Virus record (IMG/VR): IMGVR_UViG_3300025009_000079
Strand: one strand, 5' to 3'
Origin: an uncultured virus (IMG/VR IMGVR_UViG_3300025009_000079)
Lineage: Duplodnaviria > Heunggongvirae > Uroviricota > Caudoviricetes
Length of the DNA: 20,000 nucleotides
The position numbers were made by a program, and so were the translations under genes. The notes under the pieces were generated by a model. The model ran no database searches. It saw only the letters and a program-made list of their open reading frames with translations, and was not told the origin of the DNA. Position 1 is the first letter of the stretch. The number at the start of each line of letters is the position of its first letter. Positions 14,404-20,000 of this stretch are shown piece after piece.

Positions 14404-15093
14404 TTATTTTGGTGAGATGAACACGGGTTTTCCGGTCGCCCGCGCTACCTCGCGTCGGAAATACTCCTCGTCTGAATTCGAGTCGGAGAGATGAAGGAGA
14501 TGCACTTCGCGCACCCGGCGAAGGTCGGTCACCCGCAGGAATTCGAGAGCAGTTTCGAGCGACATATGCGATTCAACGAGCCTCCTCTTCACAGCCGGGT
14601 CAATGTTGGGGTCAATCGTGGATTCCGACCAATTCACTTCTATGGCGATGAGATTCAGTCCTCGAAATTTCGGCCGGATGTAATAAGAATCTGTACAGAA
14701 TAGTAATTTTTCCACGCCGTCACTCACCACAAAGCCAAGTGACCCCAGAGCGTCATGCTCAGTCGGAAACGCCATGCACCGCCACGGCGCAGGTCCGAAA
14801 ACCGTGTAAGGCTCCACAACATGAAGCGAGTGACCAGAGAGCCCCAGGGCTTCCGCCGTGCCTGATGAGCAGTAGAGAGCAATCCCTAGTGCCAGGAGGT
14901 CAGCGGCGGCTTTGGAGTGATCAGAATGAAAATGGGAAAGCAGACACCCACGGAACGTTGAAAGCTCAAAATTTAGCGCGCGCTTGAGCTTGGCAATCGG
15001 GAGCCCACACTCGATCATGAGTGGGGCTCCATTTGGCGTGTCGAGCCGGTAGAGATTGGCGCTCGAGGAGCTATTTATTGCGGTGAATTTCAT
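14404..15093 (-). CDS. MBL-fold metallo-hydrolase (phage YycJ-like putative nuclease)
   Basis: SSSSAN...SHFHSDH (HxHxDH), HDA, TD, E-x-N, SH, HLS; start re-assigned to ATG 15093. Confidence 0.9.
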   Translation of the reverse strand: MKFTAINSSSSANLYRLDTPNGAPLMIECGLPIAKLKRALNFELSTFRGCLLSHFHSDHSKAAADLLALGIALYCSSGTAEALGLSGHSLHVVEPYTVFGPAPWRCMAFPTEHDALGSLGFVVSDGVEKLLFCTDSYYIRPKFRGLNLIAIEVNWSESTIDPNIDPAVKRRLVESHMSLETALEFLRVTDLRRVREVHLLHLSDSNSDEEYFRREVARATGKPVFISPK

Positions 15094-15253
15094 ACGACAC
15101 GACTTCTCCGGTTTCCTCGTCCACCTGAACATCGAGCGCCACTTCCTCAAAATACCGAAAATAGTTTGCTGCTTTTTCGGACGGCCCAGCTTCACGCGCT
15201 ATTTCATACATGGTCTCGGGCGAAGCGTAGGCGTAAATCCGGATCGTTTTCAT
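15071..15253 (-). CDS. hypothetical protein (60 aa)
   Basis: GGGGGA RBS before ATG 15253; lies between recT and the MBL gene. Confidence 0.6.
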   Translation of the reverse strand: MKTIRIYAYASPETMYEIAREAGPSEKAANYFRYFEEVALDVQVDEETGEVVSYEIHRNK

Positions 15254-15264
15254 GTATCCCCCCA

Positions 15265-16128
15265 CTAATACCCAGGGCCACTATTCGGCGGTTCATTTGG
15301 GTCAGGAGCATCCTCTTTCGTTTCGGCCGGCTTCGGATCTTCCTTTTCCGCAGCCTTCTCGGTCTCCGGATCATCGGAAATATCTATGACGTCCCCTTGG
15401 TTCGCCTCATCTCGAATGGTGTCATCGGCCCGCTCTTCCGGAGTCCTGTCGTCGGCATCCGACATGAAGGCGTGAACCATCTCCACCGAGAGAATGCCAT
15501 ATTTTCGGAGGAGTCCCATCAACACGGTCTTGGTGGACATTTCATCCACGTTGGTATGCCATGCCGACCTTGGATTAGAGAAACCCGGAACATACCGCTT
15601 GGCATGAGCAAGAACTTCTTCCTTGGTCCAATAATCGGCCTTTTCAAATCCATTCAGGAGCCGAAAGTAGGCGAAGTATCCTATCGCGGTATCGGACTTT
15701 CTGGCCCCGGTAAGATCAACCTCCCCCGTCATTTTGAAGAACCCTTTGTACTCGCCTTCAAATACCGGCCCGGCATTTATGAAGCGGTATTGTGCCGTTC
15801 GCAGCGCCAGTTGTACATAGCCTTTCCAGCCCACCTGAAAAGCCGGCTTGGGCACTCCCTTTTCTTTGCGTGCGATAATCCAAGCAAAACCGAGCTGTTT
15901 GTTGATGGGAAGTTTGAGTGTCGCGGCTTTGAGTGCTTCCATGACCACGGCTTGCGGCTGACATTCCTGGAGGCTCTTGTCGTTCGTGAAAATGTCAATG
16001 AGCGAAGCCACAAACAATGGAGCACTCTCTTTCATGGAATTCTGGAATTGCTCCTGGACGCTCTGGCTCGAGATTATTTCCTTGAACTTGTCAATGGGTC
16101 GCTTTTGTATCGCGTTTTGCTCTGACAT
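15265..16128 (-). CDS. recT: RecT/Redbeta-family single-strand annealing recombinase
   Basis: AATLKLPINKQLGFAWI...FQVGWKGYVQLALRT...W..N.DEM..KT. Confidence 0.93.
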   Translation of the reverse strand: MSEQNAIQKRPIDKFKEIISSQSVQEQFQNSMKESAPLFVASLIDIFTNDKSLQECQPQAVVMEALKAATLKLPINKQLGFAWIIARKEKGVPKPAFQVGWKGYVQLALRTAQYRFINAGPVFEGEYKGFFKMTGEVDLTGARKSDTAIGYFAYFRLLNGFEKADYWTKEEVLAHAKRYVPGFSNPRSAWHTNVDEMSTKTVLMGLLRKYGILSVEMVHAFMSDADDRTPEERADDTIRDEANQGDVIDISDDPETEKAAEKEDPKPAETKEDAPDPNEPPNSGPGY

Positions 16129-18075
16129 TTATTCCTCCACAACTGTTAATTGTTCATGGCCCACGCTCACGATGAGCTTGATGACCTGGCCCTTGCTGGC
16201 CGGCACATTAATAATGCTCTCGCATCCGTCTATCCACCGAGGCAACCACACCCCGCAGTGCTCGCTCAACACTTCGGCAATTTCGCACCCGGAAGCGATC
16301 CGCGCCGCCTCGTTGAGATTCCGGTATGGCACCCCGCCCCCGTCCATGGCCTCACACATCTCCGTTACGGCTCCATTGATCTGCACGTCGAAAAGCTTGA
16401 ACCGCACAGTGGGGAATCGAGAATTGATCCGATCCGTGAGCATGGAAACCTTGGCGCGGACGAAAAGATCCGTCAGAAAGAGCCCGGCCTCGATTTGCTC
16501 ATATTCCGCGGCGAGCTTCTTTTGCTGTGCCGTCAATTCGCGCACCCTGGCGTCAGCCTGATAGTTGGCCTTGATCGACGCCATGGTGCCTTGCTTGGCT
16601 TCGATCTGAGCTTCCAGATCCTTAATCTTGGCGTCCAGCTCGGCCACGGCGTCATGACTGCCGAGCCGGAGCTCGGATATGGCGCTCTCCAGGATCTCCT
16701 TGCCGGCCAATAGCCGCTCGCGGGCGTTGAGAGCTTCGGATGATGTCTGCACGTTAAGGGGCGTAGCTTTCAGGTGGTCAATCTCGGCTTGAGCCTTGGC
16801 GATGGTCTCGCTTGCCGCTGCGATGGATTTTTCAAGCTCCGCGGATTCAGCTTTGAGCCGCTCGACTTCCGCTTTCAGCGCCTTTCCTTTTTCCTGATTT
16901 TCGGTCAATGTCCTGGACTTGACTTCGTTGAAATGTTCCAGAGCCTTGACCGAGTCCGTTCTGATCTGATTTTCCGGAAGAGCTCCACAGTTAGGGCACG
17001 GGGAATTTTCTCTGTGTGGCTCAAATTGCATGTGAAAAACTTCCGACCATCGTTTGCGCAGCCGGGACAACTCCGTTTCGTGCTGCTCGATGGCGCGCGG
17101 CTGACTGACGAGCACCAGCTCCTTGCCGCGCTTCTCGTTCGTGGCGGTCAAGATGATATTTTCCTGATCCGCGATCTTCTTCCGCTGGGCCGCCGCCACA
17201 AGTTCGACAATCTGAGCCTCGTTGTTGGCAAGAGCTTGCATCTGCCCCTCAATCTCGGTCAATTTCTTCGTCTTGGCCGCGATCTCCCCGCCGTTCTCCG
17301 TGCGCCGCTTTTCGTCCTGGACGGCTTTCAATTCACCCTGGAGAATCTTGATTTCATCCTCTGTGCCGACTTTTGTGAACTCCCCAACGTCGGCCTTGCT
17401 CCGGGTCGCCTCGTCAATCCTGGCAGGGATCTCGGTCAGTTCCTTGTTGATGCGCGCCTTGTCGCCGGCCGCGACCTTCCGCCAGTCCTCGATTGATTTC
17501 TTGCCGACGATTGCCGGGAGCTTGACGAGTTGAGTATCGGAAGCGATCACGTCCGCGTCCGATACGTCCCCGCAGACACCCAGGAGGATTCCGCGGCGGT
17601 CTTGCCAGGCCAGGACCTCGTTGAAGTGGCGGATGTTGGACAAGATCTTGAACGTTCGGTCGTCCGTGATAGAGGCGATGAAATCCTGAAACTCGCGCTG
17701 CGACTTGGGCACTCCGTCGACGTAATGATCTGTTACATGGCCTGTCAGTTCAGCCGATGCCGAGCCGCGCTTCTTGGTGTACTTCTCGGCGTAGACCTTC
17801 TTGAGCTCCATTGTCCCGCCGTCGAACTCGAACACGCCCTCGACGCAATGCTCGATGGAATGCATCGGCTCACCGTCCAGGATCGTTTTAAGCTCAAAGT
17901 TCCCGGCCTGTTGACCCAAGCTGTCCTTAGCGGTCAATAGCCAGGCGTAGGCGTCAAATAGTGTGCTTTTACCTGTTGCATTCTGGCCAAGTACGGACAC
18001 AGACTTGCCGGCGGGGCTAAATGTGAAATCCTTGATGCCCTTGAAGTTTTGAAGCCTAAGAGATTGGAGTTTCAT
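16129..18075 (-). CDS. Rad50/SbcC-like ABC ATPase with coiled coil
   Basis: LQNFKGI, Walker A GQNATGKST, central CPNC zinc hook, degenerate signature LNEAA and Walker B WIDGCES. Confidence 0.9.
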   Translation of the reverse strand: MKLQSLRLQNFKGIKDFTFSPAGKSVSVLGQNATGKSTLFDAYAWLLTAKDSLGQQAGNFELKTILDGEPMHSIEHCVEGVFEFDGGTMELKKVYAEKYTKKRGSASAELTGHVTDHYVDGVPKSQREFQDFIASITDDRTFKILSNIRHFNEVLAWQDRRGILLGVCGDVSDADVIASDTQLVKLPAIVGKKSIEDWRKVAAGDKARINKELTEIPARIDEATRSKADVGEFTKVGTEDEIKILQGELKAVQDEKRRTENGGEIAAKTKKLTEIEGQMQALANNEAQIVELVAAAQRKKIADQENIILTATNEKRGKELVLVSQPRAIEQHETELSRLRKRWSEVFHMQFEPHRENSPCPNCGALPENQIRTDSVKALEHFNEVKSRTLTENQEKGKALKAEVERLKAESAELEKSIAAASETIAKAQAEIDHLKATPLNVQTSSEALNARERLLAGKEILESAISELRLGSHDAVAELDAKIKDLEAQIEAKQGTMASIKANYQADARVRELTAQQKKLAAEYEQIEAGLFLTDLFVRAKVSMLTDRINSRFPTVRFKLFDVQINGAVTEMCEAMDGGGVPYRNLNEAARIASGCEIAEVLSEHCGVWLPRWIDGCESIINVPASKGQVIKLIVSVGHEQLTVVEE

Positions 18076-18551
18076 GCACTCCCCCTTTCCGGCCCAAGCT
18101 CGCTACTTTGCGGCCTCATCACCGGCATTTCTCCCCGGTCGTATCTCCGAGCCTCGGCAGCATGATCCGGACACAGGAAATAGGCAGATCCGCGCACTCG
18201 ATGGCGGATTCTCCATCCAGACTCGAGTGCTTTCTCGAGCCTCTCTAGCGTTTCGAGCCTGCACCTATCGCACTTGATTCCGGCAACCCCGAGCCTGGCA
18301 AGCTCTTGGGCGTGGCGGTCGGTGGATTCTGCCTGAATGCGCCTCATAAAATACTGCGCTTGAGCCAAACGGCTCTCGAAATAGACGGCCCGATTCTCGA
18401 GGCTTCCGGGGTCCGGTTGGGTTTTGAGAGCCTTTTCGGCTATGGTCTTGATCTCTAGGGGCGTTTCCGCCTGACCGATGTAACTCTTGGAGCCGTCAAG
18501 GCATTCGGCGGCCGCGACTATGGCGCGCAATGCTGCTTTGTGTGCCTTCAT
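18072..18551 (-). CDS. hypothetical protein
   Basis: AAAGGAGG RBS before ATG 18551; CDRC...CPDH; ATGA coupling to the ATPase. Confidence 0.7.
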   Translation of the reverse strand: MKAHKAALRAIVAAAECLDGSKSYIGQAETPLEIKTIAEKALKTQPDPGSLENRAVYFESRLAQAQYFMRRIQAESTDRHAQELARLGVAGIKCDRCRLETLERLEKALESGWRIRHRVRGSAYFLCPDHAAEARRYDRGEMPVMRPQSSELGPERGSA

Positions 18552-18565
18552 TTTCCGTCCTCCTT

Positions 18566-18703
18566 TCAATTCGCGTAATGGACGCACTCCCTGCATGGGC
18601 ATTTGGGATCATGCAAATCAAGGCGCCGATGTATGCACGTATTGCACGGCTCGCGGAAATAGCTTGGCTCCTTGACGTGGTGATCCTTTTTGGGCTTGGT
18701 CAC
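18566..18703 (-). CDS. small Cys-rich protein (45 aa)
   Basis: AGGAG RBS, GTG 18703; CNTC...CRECVH. Confidence 0.55.
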   Translation of the reverse strand: MTKPKKDHHVKEPSYFREPCNTCIHRRLDLHDPKCPCRECVHYAN

Positions 18704-18719
18704 TTTGTGGTCTCCTGCC

Positions 18720-18995
18720 TCAATGGCACTTGCACAGCCCACCGTTGCTAGCATATGGACCATTGCAACCAATGGGGTCTTCTGAGTTGTAGTGTTCACC
18801 AGGAATACCGTACCATTCCTCTCCATCTCCGCAGCAATCACAGACTTGGACATCGTGGCCATCGTGCCCCTTTATCCACTTGAGCACGGCATCGATATCC
18901 GAGCAATCGCAAACGTCTTGACCGTATTCATCCGGATCTATTTGCTCAAGATTTTTGAATCCGGTGCCCTGGCAAACATTGCATTGGATGCTCAC
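18720..18995 (-). CDS. Cys-rich protein with DnaJ-like CxxCxGxG motifs
   Basis: GTG 18995 with AAGGAGG RBS; CNVCQGTG...CDCCGDG. Confidence 0.7.
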   Translation of the reverse strand: MSIQCNVCQGTGFKNLEQIDPDEYGQDVCDCSDIDAVLKWIKGHDGHDVQVCDCCGDGEEWYGIPGEHYNSEDPIGCNGPYASNGGLCKCH

Positions 18996-19207
18996 TTTCC
19001 GCCCTCCTTCCGCGCAATAGGCCCACCATGCCCGAAACAAGCCAAAGCAGGACAGTATCCGTCATATCTATTCTGCCCCGGTTCCTGTTTCCCATAGGCA
19101 ACCTTGTCACAAAAACCGGCAGGCACCCCCCCTTGCCACATCGGGACCGAGCACCGGCCCTCACCAGCTTCGTTCAAAACCTTATGGTGCTCCGACAAAT
19201 ACGCCAT
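18992..19207 (-). CDS. hypothetical protein (71 aa)
   Basis: AAGGAGG RBS; coupled at both ends. Confidence 0.7.
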   Translation of the reverse strand: MAYLSEHHKVLNEAGEGRCSVPMWQGGVPAGFCDKVAYGKQEPGQNRYDGYCPALACFGHGGPIARKEGGK

Positions 19208-19287
19208 TACTTTCCACCCTCCTTCCGTTCTCGCGTGAACACTGTCACCCGGTCAAGTCCAAGCTTTTCAGCCAGTCTCGGGATCAC
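19207..19287 (-). CDS. mini-ORF (26 aa) or gene remnant
   Basis: GGAGGAGG RBS, GTGA and TAATG coupling; ends RKEGGK* like the next gene. Confidence 0.4.
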   Translation of the reverse strand: MIPRLAEKLGLDRVTVFTRERKEGGK

Positions 19288-20000
19288 GTTCCGTCCTCCT
19301 CCCCGATGACCTCCACCTTGCGGCATCGCACCTTCGTAATGTCATGCGGGTACACGACAAAATCATCGGGATGCACGAGGCACTTTAGTGTTTTGCCACA
19401 ATTGTAGCTTTGAGCAAGCGATTTGGTGGGAGAAAGATGAAGCCCACCGCCGCATTGTCGCTCATGATTCGCATCCCAGTCAGGGCACTCCACGGTGCCC
19501 TCATACTTGATAGTACCACTCCAGAAATCTGTCATGTCATCTTTGACGGATTTATAGAGCATCATCCTCCCATTGTCGCAGTGTTGTATGTTCTTGGAAT
19601 AGATGTCCATAAAAGACTGCTTGTCGTGTGTTGCCACCGGAACATTCATGCAAGTTGCCGTTGCATCTTGTTCGTTGGGAATTAGCTTACAGCCAATCCC
19701 TATGGCTACGGCAAACTGTTTTAATTTGATCTTTATTTCCGAAAACGCCCGAACCACACAGTTCTCCCATGCCACCACGGAAGAGTTCCCCCTTGCCACC
19801 ACGGAAGAGTTCCCCCTTGCCACCACGGAAGAGTTCCCCCTTGCCTCCACGGAAGAGTTCCCCCTTGCCACCACGGAAGAGTTCCCCCTTGCCTCCACGG
19901 AAGAGTTCTCCCATGCGTCCACGGAAGAGTTCTCCCTTGCCTCCACGGAAGAGTTCCCCCTTGCCTCCACGGAAGAGTTCTCCCTTGCCTCCACGGAAGA
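19284..20000 (-). CDS. octapeptide-repeat phage protein with DUF7666-like C-terminal domain (5' partial)
   Basis: (V-x-A-R/W-G/E-N-S-S)n, then LYK...CGGGLH...KVRCRKVEV. Confidence 0.8.
   Translation of the reverse strand, partial: SSVEARENSSVEARGNSSVEARENSSVDAWENSSVEARGNSSVVARGNSSVEARGNSSVVARGNSSVVARGNSSVVAWENCVVRAFSEIKIKLKQFAVAIGIGCKLIPNEQDATATCMNVPVATHDKQSFMDIYSKNIQHCDNGRMMLYKSVKDDMTDFWSGTIKYEGTVECPDWDANHERQCGGGLHLSPTKSLAQSYNCGKTLKCLVHPDDFVVYPHDITKVRCRKVEVIGEEDGT
19761..20000. repeat. 24-bp coding tandem repeat, at least 10 units
   Basis: GTTCYCCCWTGCCWCCACGGAAGA repeated to the window end. Confidence 0.95.

Noticed and set aside
15166..17940. Long plus-strand ORFs (15166-16125, 16150-16713, 16774-17496 and others)
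   Set aside because: Antisense shadows of recT and the ATPase, with no RBS or recognisable motifs
19761..20000. CRISPR array
   Set aside because: Units are contiguous with no unique spacers, are in frame within an ORF, and no cas genes are present
1..20000. Diversity-generating retroelement, retron, IS element or integrase/att site
   Set aside because: No reverse transcriptase, transposase or integrase motifs were recognised, and no A-specific mismatch repeat pair was seen

Overview
This is a 20-kb segment of a tailed dsDNA phage or prophage (early, recombination and replication region); the host cannot be assigned from sequence alone. The minus strand (20000->8617) carries a long operon: an octapeptide-repeat protein, small Cys-rich ORFs, a Rad50/SbcC-like ATPase, RecT, an MBL-fold hydrolase, a Mom-like GNAT protein, an HNH-like protein, a replication initiator with internal iterons, a probable helicase-loader partner and RusA. 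It ends at an intrinsic terminator near 8530. The plus strand (2379->8493) carries a sigma70-driven array of about 16 mostly short accessory genes, including a SprT-like protease, a ribbon-helix-helix protein and a GIY-YIG/T5orf172 protein. To the left are a divergent HNH gene, a TerS-like HTH gene and a repeat-rich non-coding stretch. The most unusual signals are non-coding. (1) The first two genes of the plus-strand array are each enclosed by their own 22-24 bp imperfect inverted repeat with G-U-compatible differences, and the next six are each preceded by a related long hairpin plus a conserved A/C-rich leader, which suggests an RNA-processing or gene-cassette architecture. (2) Two C4/CI-like three-way-junction RNAs have loops complementary to nearby ribosome-binding sites, one forming a perfect 7-nt kissing loop. 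(3) Several genes are bounded by short direct repeats at stop/RBS junctions. Product calls come from motif recognition by eye, and all structures were paired by hand rather than computed.
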